Below, one piece after another: positions 51,713-60,872 of a stretch of DNA of 64,000 nucleotides. The number at the start of each line of letters is the position of its first letter. The stretch's first letter is position 1. This DNA is from Candidatus Iainarchaeum sp. Lineage in GTDB: Archaea > Iainarchaeota > Iainarchaeia > Iainarchaeales > 0-14-0-20-30-16. Where the stretch lies: positions 11,833 to 75,832 of the forward strand of contig JAQTTP010000001.1 in the NCBI GenBank assembly GCA_028710695.1. Direction: 5' to 3'. The notes under the pieces are model-generated. The model was not told where the DNA came from. It saw nothing but the letters and a program-made list of their open reading frames with translations, and searched no databases. Made by a program: the position numbers and the translations under genes.

Positions 51713-53977
51713 TTACCTCAAACAAGTTACATAGATCTTTGAAACTAGCTCATCCTCTGTATTACTGTATGTTTGTGAAACCCCAGTTATAGTACATTCT
51801 GCCTCTCCATTTGTGGTTGTAACTCCGTCATCATAGTCAAAGTTTTCTCCAGGGCTATCATCAATATCATATTCTTTTCCGCCCTCACTAGTATATGCTA
51901 CGGCATAGTCTGTAATGGGGTTGAATGTTATTCCTGCCAAGTCAAAAGTAACTAGGTTTGATCCTGTTGACCCACAATATTTCCTGGTTTCATGTACAAA
52001 AATGTGTTTACATTGATCTTTAATATTTCCTGCCTGGCACAAAGCAATGTTTTCTGAATAAGTTGAATCACTTTCGTATCCAGTCATTCCACCAATACAA
52101 CTCATTTCAAATAACACCCTAACTGTAATCTGATTTTCTTCTAAATCTAGGCCTGCATTGTACTTTTTGTCTTCAAATTCTGCACAAAGCCCATTATTAG
52201 CCTGGCACTTGTTGTATTTATCTCCAAACATATATTCACATAATTTATTGCCTGTGTAATTAGTGTTTAAAATACTCCAAGCTTTTGTACAATCTGGATC
52301 GTATTTTGTTCCAGATGTCCATTCTGTGTCTTCAACAGAATCAATAAAACTTGTGTTTGATATTAAACCATATGACTTTGTAAATGAGTTTGCAGATAAG
52401 TGTAATTTATCTGAAACTGAACATTTCTTAGCGCCACCAATTTGTGTACAATATCCAGAGTCACATTCTGTGTCATAATTACAAGCAGATAATAATGATA
52501 ATTTGCCGCTAGTCGTTGATGCAACAGAACACACACTATCATTACATGCTAAACCATTTTCACAAAAGCTAAACTTAGCTGAGTTTTTACAAAAACCGCC
52601 GGCTTTTAATAAGCCACAATTTCCCACTATGGCTTTGCTTATTGTTTTTTCTTTTGTCCAACTATATTTTCCATATTCTTGGTAATACAAAGAATTGAAT
52701 TTATAAGTATTATTTATGTTTTTATTGTCTTTTACACAGATTGTGTCATCACAAAACCCATTGGCAGTACACGGAGAACCAACAGGCTGATCAAACTTTT
52801 GTTTACAAGAATCTCCTATTCCCTCAGTAACAGCAATATTATTTTTTGTACACCAATATTTATCTGGACACCCAGATATTTCATTGTCTTTAACACTACA
52901 AATTGTATCTTCTGTACTTTTTTTACATACTCTTAGGTCCATATCACAAATTAAATCTCCGCCACAGTCGGAGTTGTCATAACAACCTTCTTCGTGTAGT
53001 CCGCCCTTACAGATTTTTGACTCTGGGTCACAAACCCCGCTTAAGCATTGAGTTTCTGAAGCACAAGCCTCATTTATTGCAAACTTTTGCTTACATTCTC
53101 CTGAACTACAAAACTCAGCAGGTAAACAATCATCATTCTTTTCACAGGCAGTACAAGCCCCGCCTTTACACAAATTTTTTTCACAATCACTATTTGCAAA
53201 ACAAGAATCCCCTAATGACCGTGAGTTTAGGAGAATACAAGAAAACTCAGGTCCACAAACATATTCTTCTAATGCAAAGTTTTTATTGTCTTCAGTTTCT
53301 ATTTCACAAAAATTGTTTGCAGAGTTTTCTTTACTTTGCTTACAAACCGCATCATTTAAAGTTGTATACTCACATTTTTTTGTTGTTCCGTTACAATAAG
53401 ATATGCCTTCTCCACCTGGAGCAACAGGACAATCTTTGTCATAATCACAAGACAGCCCAGGCCTTAAATCAAAGATTTGTGAGCAATATGCATATTCTCC
53501 GCTTTTTAGTTTTGTACTCTTTAAATTTATTTTTGTGTTAGTCCCTTCTTTAACAAGGTTTTCTAGTTTTACTTCTTCGCCAGCGCCTAATTTTTTGTTA
53601 TAAACTGCACAAATTAAGTCTTCACTACATTCTCCGGAGTTCTTACAAGTCTCTCCGACCTTTTTTGTACCTATGGCGTCTTTGGCGCCACTTTTTCCGC
53701 TACTGCCACTAGTTCCAGATCCAACTGGGCCTTCGCTTGAACCACCCAAATCTGCGCTTTCTTCAGATCCTTCTGTAGAACAATCTAGTTTTATATTAAA
53801 AAAATAAAAGTACATCTTTTCGTTTATACAAAGAGTGTCAGTTGCAGCATTTTGGCCTGCCTTACAAAAGCAGGAATTTGCTTCGTCAAAAATAGGCTTT
53901 TCAGCAAACCCAAAGCCAGAAATAAGAATAAGTCCTAAAAGAACACAAAAACATAAAGCAAGGCCATTAAATCTCAT
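51713..53977 (-). CDS. large secreted cysteine-rich repeat protein
   Basis: About 754 aa with signal peptide LALCFCVLLGLILISGFGFA. Many tandem small modules such as CFANSDCEKNLCKGGAC, CEKNDDCLPAEFCSSGECK, CASETQCLSGVCDPESKIC and CYDNSDCGGDLICDMDLRVC. Confidence 0.65.
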   Translation of the reverse strand: MRFNGLALCFCVLLGLILISGFGFAEKPIFDEANSCFCKAGQNAATDTLCINEKMYFYFFNIKLDCSTEGSEESADLGGSSEGPVGSGTSGSSGKSGAKDAIGTKKVGETCKNSGECSEDLICAVYNKKLGAGEEVKLENLVKEGTNTKINLKSTKLKSGEYAYCSQIFDLRPGLSCDYDKDCPVAPGGEGISYCNGTTKKCEYTTLNDAVCKQSKENSANNFCEIETEDNKNFALEEYVCGPEFSCILLNSRSLGDSCFANSDCEKNLCKGGACTACEKNDDCLPAEFCSSGECKQKFAINEACASETQCLSGVCDPESKICKGGLHEEGCYDNSDCGGDLICDMDLRVCKKSTEDTICSVKDNEISGCPDKYWCTKNNIAVTEGIGDSCKQKFDQPVGSPCTANGFCDDTICVKDNKNINNTYKFNSLYYQEYGKYSWTKEKTISKAIVGNCGLLKAGGFCKNSAKFSFCENGLACNDSVCSVASTTSGKLSLLSACNYDTECDSGYCTQIGGAKKCSVSDKLHLSANSFTKSYGLISNTSFIDSVEDTEWTSGTKYDPDCTKAWSILNTNYTGNKLCEYMFGDKYNKCQANNGLCAEFEDKKYNAGLDLEENQITVRVLFEMSCIGGMTGYESDSTYSENIALCQAGNIKDQCKHIFVHETRKYCGSTGSNLVTFDLAGITFNPITDYAVAYTSEGGKEYDIDDSPGENFDYDDGVTTTNGEAECTITGVSQTYSNTEDELVSKIYVTCLR

Positions 53978-54114
53978 CGTAATCATCTCTTTAGCTAAAG
54001 ATATGTAAAATATGGCGTATAAATATATAAAAGTATATCTAAAGACCCAAATAAGCCCAACTTATTTCACATAAGTTTAAATAAGTTTTGTGACTTTAAT
54101 TATTAGTGATTGTT

Positions 54115-54381
54115 ATGTCTGAAAGTTATGTAAATGTTAATTTGCACATAGATGATTATACAAATAGGGTTTTGGGTGTTATTAAGGAAAAAAACGGATT
54201 AAAAGATAAATCCCAGGCCCTGATGTATTTTGCCAAACAATATGGCAGTGACCTGGTGGACCAAGAGGTAAAAGATGAAGTGATTAGAGAAGTAATACAA
54301 ATAGAAGAGAACCACCTAAAGAAATATGGTCTTAGGGCAAAATCTATAAAACAATTAAGAGAAGAAATAGAGCGTGACTAG
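54115..54381 (+). CDS. putative antitoxin of a RelE/ParE-type module
   Basis: 88-aa ORF ending 15 nt upstream of the toxin-like gene. No motif recognised; the call is positional. Confidence 0.5.
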   Translation: MSESYVNVNLHIDDYTNRVLGVIKEKNGLKDKSQALMYFAKQYGSDLVDQEVKDEVIREVIQIEENHLKKYGLRAKSIKQLREEIERD

Positions 54382-54395
54382 ATTAAAGTGATTTA

Positions 54396-54671
54396 ATGTT
54401 TGATCTTGATTATTCTGATGAATTAAAAGCCACACTTAATAAATTATCTAAAAAAGACCGGAAAAGATATTTTGAAGTAATTAAAAAAATGGATGAAATA
54501 ATTAATTCGGATCCCGAAACAATAAACCACTACAAAAATTTGAGATACAGTTATTCTGACAGAAAAAGAGTGCACATTGGCGAGAAATTCGTTTTAACTT
54601 TCAGAGTATTTATAAAAGAAAATTTTATTCTTTTTGTAAAATTTGCACATAGAGACGATATTTACAAATAA
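54396..54671 (+). CDS. RelE/ParE-superfamily toxin-like protein
   Basis: 91 aa. LNKLSKKDRKRYFEVIKKMDEI..DP...YKNLRY....KRVHIGEKFVLTFRV..ENFILFVKFAHRDDIYK fits the RelE/StbE pattern (..kd....i.kki..i...P......L......R.riG.yRl.y.i.....i.i..i.hR..iY). Confidence 0.68.
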   Translation: MFDLDYSDELKATLNKLSKKDRKRYFEVIKKMDEIINSDPETINHYKNLRYSYSDRKRVHIGEKFVLTFRVFIKENFILFVKFAHRDDIYK

Positions 54672-54824
54672 TTGTTTTCTGCCAAGAAAGTAATTTCTTT
54701 TAGTGGAAATTATTTCGGGGGCCAACAAAGCTTTTTTGTAGAAAACAAAAAAGTTTGAGGGTCAGAAGCAACCTTGTTTTACGCAAAGTTGACTTCTTAC
54801 TGAAGAAATTTTATGAAATAAAAT

Positions 54825-56573
54825 TTACTTCCTGCTTACTTCTTTCTCAATTCTGTCTTTGCTTAGTTCTATAAAAATAGGCCTTCCATGTGGGCAAGTA
54901 AAGGGATTTTCACAATCAAACAAGTTTTCAATGATCTTTTCCATTTGAATCTCATTAAGTGGTGTTCCGGCTTTTACAGACATTTTACATGCAATAGTAG
55001 CAAATAACCCTGCTTGTTTGTCGGTAATATCTGCTTTAATCCCCCTAATAACATCTTTTAGTAATTCCTTGGTTTCTTCTTTAGTAATACTGTTCCTTAT
55101 TTTCAAAGGAATAGTCCTAACTAGCAGTTCGTCCTTAAGTTCATCAATTTCAAATCCAAGTTTTCCAAGCTCATCTTTATTTTCAAGCAAAACCCCTCTG
55201 TCCTCAACAGGTAAAAGGAACCCAAATGGAACCAATAATTCTTGTTTTAATAAGCCATTGTGTTCATGATATTGGGTTTGTATTTGCTCGAAATTATATC
55301 TTTCTTCAGCAACGTGCTGGTCAATAATATAAAAAGAATTATTTTTTTCAACAAGGATGTAAGTATTAAAAATTTGTCCAATAATTTTAAAGTTTTTTAT
55401 TTTCGGAGTAGCATGGTGTTGCATTTCTTCTGGCAAAATATCCAAACTTTTTTGTATACTTTTTTCTGCTTTTATAAAGAAGTCATCCATATCCCCTTTT
55501 TCTGCCTTTGTTTCAGATTCCGCAATAAGTCTTGCAGTTATTGTTGAAATAAGTTGTGTTGGTCTTGTTTTATCAATTTCTGCTTCTTTAATTTGTTCTA
55601 ATGCATTTTTAACAGCATAAAAAGTTGGCAAAAATAATAAACTATCTTCTTTAACCCTTACTTCTAATTTTTGCGGGTGTACATTTACATCAACAATTTT
55701 TGGATTAATTTCTAAAAATATGAATGCATCAGGCCTATAAGTTTTTGGAATCTTTGCTTCAAATGCTTTTTTTATTGCTGACAAAACAGTAAAGTTTTTT
55801 ATTGGCCTATTATTTATGTAAATTTGAGTAACGCCTTTACTTTCGCTTACTTTATTTGGCTTAGTAACAAAAACAATTGCAGAAACCAAGGGATCTTTAT
55901 ATGTTCCTTGGGCTAGGTTTTTTGCAATGTCAAAATGAATTTCATTAACTCTTTCTTCATAGCCTGTTTTTTTCTGAAAGTTATAAGTTTCTTTTCCATC
56001 CACAATAATTTTGAAATTAACCTTTGGATTAGAAATTGCAATGCATTTTATCCAATCAATTATTTTTTTTAATTCATAATTTGTGGTCTTCAAAAATTTC
56101 TGTCTTGCAGGGATATTATAAAATAAATTTTGAACTGTAATCGATGTTCCCTTTCTAAAAGCCGTCATTGTTTTTCTGTTAATCAGCCCATTTTCTATTT
56201 CAATTACATTAGAATGGTCATAACCTTCAATTGCACTTGTAATTTCCATTTTGGAAACATCCGCAATAGTAGATAATGCTTCGCCTCTAAATCCATATGA
56301 CAAAATAGAATAAATATCCTCAATTTTTGTAATTTTTGATGTCGCATGTCTTAAAATAGTTAATTCTAGATCTTCTTCCTCAATGCCGGTTCCGTTGTCT
56401 ATGACAGTTATTTCCTTTTTCCCGCCATCTTTTAGCTTGATAATGATTTCATCAGAATTAGCATCTATGCTGTTCTCTACAAGTTCCTTTACTGCGGAAG
56501 CAGGCCTTTCTATTACCTCTCCAGCCGCAATTTTGTTTATTGTGCTGCTATCAAGAACGTGGATTTTACTCAT
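54825..56573 (-). CDS. mutL: DNA mismatch repair protein MutL (endonuclease-type)
   Basis: GHKL N-terminus IAAGEVIERPASAVKELVENSIDA, DNGTGI, YGFRGEAL. C-terminal DQHVAEERYNFE fits DQHA(X)2E(X)4E, and CPHGRP is present. Confidence 0.95.
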   Translation of the reverse strand: MSKIHVLDSSTINKIAAGEVIERPASAVKELVENSIDANSDEIIIKLKDGGKKEITVIDNGTGIEEEDLELTILRHATSKITKIEDIYSILSYGFRGEALSTIADVSKMEITSAIEGYDHSNVIEIENGLINRKTMTAFRKGTSITVQNLFYNIPARQKFLKTTNYELKKIIDWIKCIAISNPKVNFKIIVDGKETYNFQKKTGYEERVNEIHFDIAKNLAQGTYKDPLVSAIVFVTKPNKVSESKGVTQIYINNRPIKNFTVLSAIKKAFEAKIPKTYRPDAFIFLEINPKIVDVNVHPQKLEVRVKEDSLLFLPTFYAVKNALEQIKEAEIDKTRPTQLISTITARLIAESETKAEKGDMDDFFIKAEKSIQKSLDILPEEMQHHATPKIKNFKIIGQIFNTYILVEKNNSFYIIDQHVAEERYNFEQIQTQYHEHNGLLKQELLVPFGFLLPVEDRGVLLENKDELGKLGFEIDELKDELLVRTIPLKIRNSITKEETKELLKDVIRGIKADITDKQAGLFATIACKMSVKAGTPLNEIQMEKIIENLFDCENPFTCPHGRPIFIELSKDRIEKEVSRK

Positions 56574-56622
56574 ATAGAAATAGAAAACAGAAGGGTATAA
56601 AACCCTATAGTTTTTTGTGTTT

Positions 56623-56883
56623 TTATAGTAAGGTCATACCTTCATTTTCAACGTTTGTAATGTCTGGAATAGAGTTTATTTCGTCCTCAAGTCTAGGCAT
56701 AGCCCCGTCTACCTTGTCAGGTATGATGAAACTTATCTTTATTACCTTTATTCCAAATACCAAGTCTTCTATCTGACTTTTATCATATTTTGCATTTTTT
56801 ATCTTCTTTAGCCTTTCATGCACAGCCTCTAGCTTGTCTTGGTCCTCTACACTTATCTTATAAACTAGTAAAACTTCACCCAT
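56623..56883 (-). CDS. ef1b: elongation factor aEF-1 beta
   Basis: 86 aa. The MGEVLLVYKI... layout and IEDLVFGIKVIKISFIIPD are typical of aEF-1beta. Confidence 0.82.
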   Translation of the reverse strand: MGEVLLVYKISVEDQDKLEAVHERLKKIKNAKYDKSQIEDLVFGIKVIKISFIIPDKVDGAMPRLEDEINSIPDITNVENEGMTLL

Positions 56884-56915
56884 TATAATCTCTCCAATAA
56901 CTAGACCTTAAACGT

Positions 56916-57065
56916 TTATGGCAATTCTATACCACATTTCTTGCATTTGAAAGTATTGCTTAGAACCCTGCAGTGGTTACATCTATGAATTTGCTCTCCA
57001 CATGATGGGCATTTATACTTCACATAATCATCAGTTTTCTTATTACATGTATTACATACTGTCAT
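56916..57065 (-). CDS. small double zinc-ribbon protein (absent from the ORF track, 49 aa)
   Basis: My translation: MTVCNTCNKKTDDYVKYKCPSCGEQIHRCNHCRVLSNTFKCKKCGIELP. Four CxxC pairs. Sits immediately upstream of aEF-1beta, where archaea commonly encode a Zn-ribbon protein. Confidence 0.6.
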   Translation of the reverse strand: MTVCNTCNKKTDDYVKYKCPSCGEQIHRCNHCRVLSNTFKCKKCGIELP

Positions 57066-57139
57066 TATTATCACCTTTTTAAGAATTTAGTATATAAGTG
57101 TTTGTATCTAAAGATTTATATATTATATCACAAAAAGTA

Positions 57140-57212
57140 GGACTTGTGAGGTAATTGGATAACCTAGCGGGCTTCGGACCCGCCTATCGGGGTTCGAGTC
57201 CCTGCGAGTCCA
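57140..57212 (+). tRNA. tRNA-Arg (TCG)
   Basis: 73 nt. Acceptor GGACTTG/CGAGTCC, D arm AGGT-AATTGGATA-ACCT, anticodon arm GCGGG-CTTCGGA-CCCGC, T arm CGGGG-TTCGAGT-CCCTG, discriminator A. Confidence 0.9.
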
Positions 57213-58286
57213 CTAAGTAGGGTATAGCTCAAATTGTCCCTCTTTTATAGTATAGAGAACGAATTTTTCAGTAGTTTCTCCATTTTCATCAAATGAAACT
57301 CCAAAGTTTGTAGTTATTGCACTATCTTTGAATTTTTTGGCAGTACAAGCCACATCATCTTTGCAAATTGAATAAATTTTTGCATATGCATTTGTTAAAT
57401 TATAGTATTGCCAAGAAATCTGTGCTGGCTCCTCTGAATATTTTTCTTTGTATTTTTTATAAAATTCTGTATTTTTATCTAAAAAAGTAGTGCTAAAAAT
57501 TATTCCGTCAGTAGCATTTCCGCCTGTCTTCATTAAATCTGGGTTTTGACATGCTTGGCCACACAAAATTTGTTGTTTTAAGCCCAATTCTCGCGCCTGT
57601 TTTGCAATTTCGCCAACATTTACTGCAAATGCGCCAATATAAATCGCGTCAACGTTTTCGTCAATTTTTAGTAAAGTTGATTTTACGTCTGTAGATTCAT
57701 TAAATTGTTCTATTAAAGAAACATTTCCTCCTAATTCTAAGTATGGCTTTTCAAAAGCATTTTTTACACCTAAACCATAGTCGTCATTTTTGTAAATTAT
57801 TGCAATGTTCTTTAGATTAAGATTGGCATATGCGAGTTTTGCTAAATCTTTGCCTTCTTGTACTGCAGATGGTTGCACTCTAAAAGTATTTAGTCCATTT
57901 GTTGTATACTTTGCAGATGCGGCAATTGCAAACAAAATTTTATTATCCTCTTTTATTGGTTCTTGTAATAGTATTGAATTTGGTGATCCCAAAGTAAAAA
58001 ATGCAGTAATATCTTTGTCTATTAGATAATTATATTCACTTAACGTGTCCTTTGTTGTACTCTTTGTATCCTCCAGATAAAATTCAACATCCTTACCTTC
58101 TGTTTTTAGTTCTTCAATAGCCAGATTAACTCCCTTCTGCATTAAGTCTCCTTGTCTGGACTCTACCCCTGTCATAGGAAGGAGAGCACCAATTTTTAGG
58201 TCGTTTGTAGAATTTGTGCTAAAAAGCAAAACAAAAACAATTACAACAATTAAAACTAATAATCCAATTAGCCAAACTTTTCTCAT
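57213..58286 (-). CDS. membrane-anchored type-1 periplasmic-binding-protein-fold solute receptor (LivJ/K-like)
   Basis: N-terminal TM anchor, then LKIGALLPMTGVESRQGDLMQKGVNLAIEEL, typical of the branched-chain amino acid/amide SBP family. Confidence 0.72.
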   Translation of the reverse strand: MRKVWLIGLLVLIVVIVFVLLFSTNSTNDLKIGALLPMTGVESRQGDLMQKGVNLAIEELKTEGKDVEFYLEDTKSTTKDTLSEYNYLIDKDITAFFTLGSPNSILLQEPIKEDNKILFAIAASAKYTTNGLNTFRVQPSAVQEGKDLAKLAYANLNLKNIAIIYKNDDYGLGVKNAFEKPYLELGGNVSLIEQFNESTDVKSTLLKIDENVDAIYIGAFAVNVGEIAKQARELGLKQQILCGQACQNPDLMKTGGNATDGIIFSTTFLDKNTEFYKKYKEKYSEEPAQISWQYYNLTNAYAKIYSICKDDVACTAKKFKDSAITTNFGVSFDENGETTEKFVLYTIKEGQFELYPT

Positions 58287-58375
58287 AAATAGAAACTTAA
58301 TCTCTTAACTATTTACTATATTGTTGTCAAATAACTAACGACAGACATATATTATTTTCGTAAAACTATTTTATT

Positions 58376-59098
58376 ATGGAACCGGAATTAAAAAGTTTGG
58401 GTTTGACTGACAAGGAAATAAAAGTATATCTTGCCCTATTAAATTTAGGTATTGCACTTGTGAATGACATTGCAAAAAAAGCAGGGACTTACAGAACATA
58501 TACTTACGAAGTTTTAAAATCTCTTAAGGAAAAAGGATTAGTATCACACGTAATAAAATCTGGAAAACAGTATTATGAGGTGGCACCACCTGAAAAATGG
58601 CAATCTATTTTAAAAGAAAAAGAACAAAAATTTAATAAAATCCTTCCCGAATTAAAAAAAATATATTCTATAACTGTTGAAAAACCAAGGACGGAAGTTT
58701 ATGAGGGCAAAGAAGGTCTAAAAACAGTTTTGGATGACATGTTAAAAACAAAGAAAACGATTTATGTTTATGGAAATACAAAGAAAATGTGGCAATATTT
58801 ACAAACAAATTTTCCACAGTTTATTTTGAAACGGTCTAGCCTAGGCATAAAAACAAAAATTGTTGATGTTAGATCCAAAGAAGCAGAAAAAATAAATACA
58901 AAAAGTAAGGTAGAGTTACGAGAAATGCGTTTTCTGCCCAAACAATACGAATTTTCTATGACTACAAATATTTATGGAAACAAAGTTGCAATGTTATCTT
59001 TTCAAGATGAATTTGTAGGAATTATAATAGAAAACAAAAGTATTGCAGAATCTCAAAAAGTAGTTTTTGATTTTCTCTGGTCTTCTGCAAAACCATAA
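58376..59098 (+). CDS. TrmB-family transcriptional regulator
   Basis: LGLTDKEIKVYLALLNLGIALVNDIAKKAGTYRTYTYEVLKSLKEKGLV is the TrmB N-terminal wHTH. 240 aa with a C-terminal effector-like domain. Confidence 0.78.
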   Translation: MEPELKSLGLTDKEIKVYLALLNLGIALVNDIAKKAGTYRTYTYEVLKSLKEKGLVSHVIKSGKQYYEVAPPEKWQSILKEKEQKFNKILPELKKIYSITVEKPRTEVYEGKEGLKTVLDDMLKTKKTIYVYGNTKKMWQYLQTNFPQFILKRSSLGIKTKIVDVRSKEAEKINTKSKVELREMRFLPKQYEFSMTTNIYGNKVAMLSFQDEFVGIIIENKSIAESQKVVFDFLWSSAKP

Positions 59099-59866
59099 CT
59101 ATCTTACATAGCTTGGTTTGACATCTGAAGCTTCATCTTTTGATAATTGCTTTAATGCTGTCTGAACTTCTTTGAATGCTTTTGAAATCTTCTTTGCTTC
59201 TTTGTCAATGTCTTTCAAATCAACTTTCAACTCAAAGTACTTTGAAATGAATTCTAACATTTTCTTTGCTGCCTCAAAATCACCATAAATAAGCTTTGAT
59301 GTTGTTTCTGCCAAGATACAATATCCTTGCATGCCTTCTTCTTTTGCAAATCCAAGAGTTAATCCTGCAACCCCTGATATTGTAATTTCGTCTTGTAATA
59401 ATTTTGCATATTTGCTTGGCTCTTTTTTCTTTGTATTTGTTGTAACAAAATATAATTCTGGATTTTTTGTAATTCTTGCATCAGAAATATCAAGCCCACC
59501 AAAAGTATAAATCTCTTTTACACCCAACTCTTTTGCAATTTCAACAATTTTTTTTGCAAACTCAAAATGTGCTTCTGGATTTATGTTTTCAAAAAGTGCT
59601 GGTTGTGCAATTCCAGTAAGTAAAATAAAATCTTTTTTCTTTGTTTTTATTATAGAAAATTCATCTTTTATTAAATCAATCTGTCCTTTATAAGTTATTC
59701 CTGCAGGCGTAAAATAAGTTGAATAAATGGAACCAATCTTTTCATTTTTCATTTTTTCAGCAATGAAATCTATTGCAATTTTTCCAACTAGGCCAATGCC
59801 TGGCAAGCCAATTAATAAAGTTGGATTATTTAGTTTAACATTTTTCACATTAGAAATAACTGCCAA
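59099..59866 (-). CDS. PAC2-family proteasome assembly chaperone-like protein
   Basis: LLIGLPGIGLVGKIAIDFI N-terminus and a length of about 255 aa are typical of the archaeal PAC2 family. Confidence 0.72.
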   Translation of the reverse strand: MAVISNVKNVKLNNPTLLIGLPGIGLVGKIAIDFIAEKMKNEKIGSIYSTYFTPAGITYKGQIDLIKDEFSIIKTKKKDFILLTGIAQPALFENINPEAHFEFAKKIVEIAKELGVKEIYTFGGLDISDARITKNPELYFVTTNTKKKEPSKYAKLLQDEITISGVAGLTLGFAKEEGMQGYCILAETTSKLIYGDFEAAKKMLEFISKYFELKVDLKDIDKEAKKISKAFKEVQTALKQLSKDEASDVKPSYVR

Positions 59867-59878
59867 GAAATCACCTAT

Positions 59879-60655
59879 TTATTCTCTTCTTTTCATATTT
59901 AACTCGCCTTTTTTTCCAACTTTGGCTATTAAATAATCATTAACATCTTTTATGTGTTTTTCAATTGTTTTATAATCATTAGAAACAAATTTCAGCTGGT
60001 ATTTTCCGCCACCAAGATAAGAAATCTTTTGCTCAACACCTTTATTTTTTGGCATTTCTTTGAACAATTTCTTTATTTCCATTAGTCCGGTTCCAGTTGT
60101 AACTCTTAGTTCTACGTTTTCAATAATTTCTTTTTTTGTTATTGTCATGCTTCTTGAAACAACATTATACAATGCCTCTCTGTACTTTTCAGGAATTTCT
60201 TTTACTCCGTCTTTTCCAGATTCAAGCATCACCTTAAATGCGTCAGTAACAGAATTATATTTTTCAAGAATTTTTGGAACAAGGTCATTCCAGATTTCGT
60301 CTTGTTCTTTTTTCATGTCTTTTGCTAATACACTTAATAATTGTTGGGATCTTTTTGTTTCTCTCCAAGATATCATTTTTTTTCTTTCATTTATTGTATT
60401 CATTCTTGAAAATGAAACATCTATCTGCCCCCTTTCTCTATTGATGGACAGTACAACACCAACTTTTATTTGTCCAGGCCTTACAAAATTTCTTATGTTT
60501 TTTATCCATCTATTTGCAATTTGTGACAACGGAACAAATCCAACAAGGCCAGGGTATTCTTCAAGAGTTACAGTTACCCCGTAAGGGTAAATTTTGTCGA
60601 TCTTACAAACAAGGTGCTCTCCTGGTCTTACTTCATCTAAATCCATATTTCTCAT
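59879..60655 (-). CDS. eif2a: translation initiation factor aIF2 alpha subunit
   Basis: S1 domain PGEHLVCKIDKIYPYGVTVTLEEYPGLVGFVPLSQIANRWIKNIRNFV, followed by helical and alpha-beta domains. Confidence 0.9.
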   Translation of the reverse strand: MRNMDLDEVRPGEHLVCKIDKIYPYGVTVTLEEYPGLVGFVPLSQIANRWIKNIRNFVRPGQIKVGVVLSINRERGQIDVSFSRMNTINERKKMISWRETKRSQQLLSVLAKDMKKEQDEIWNDLVPKILEKYNSVTDAFKVMLESGKDGVKEIPEKYREALYNVVSRSMTITKKEIIENVELRVTTGTGLMEIKKLFKEMPKNKGVEQKISYLGGGKYQLKFVSNDYKTIEKHIKDVNDYLIAKVGKKGELNMKRRE

Positions 60656-60858
60656 TCCTTCTTTTCTTCCTTTTTCTTTTCCTCTTTTTTAACTATCTTA
60701 GCGCCTTTTGTTAATTTGGGGTGTGATGCGCCAGGAGTAGCTAAAACTTCTTCACATTTATTGCAAGAAATTTTGCTTGCTGGTTTGTTGAATGTATACT
60801 GCTTACTTCCACACTTACATTCTATTTCTACAAATTTTGAACTATGAACTTTCTTCAT
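60652..60858 (-). CDS. rps27e: 30S ribosomal protein S27e with K/E-rich tail
   Basis: SKFVEIECKCGSKQYTFNKPASKISCNKCEEVLATPGAS is the C4 zinc ribbon of S27e. Its stop overlaps the eif2a start by 4 nt. Confidence 0.85.
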   Translation of the reverse strand: MKKVHSSKFVEIECKCGSKQYTFNKPASKISCNKCEEVLATPGASHPKLTKGAKIVKKEEKKKEEKKE

Positions 60859-60872
60859 TTTATCACCTTTAA

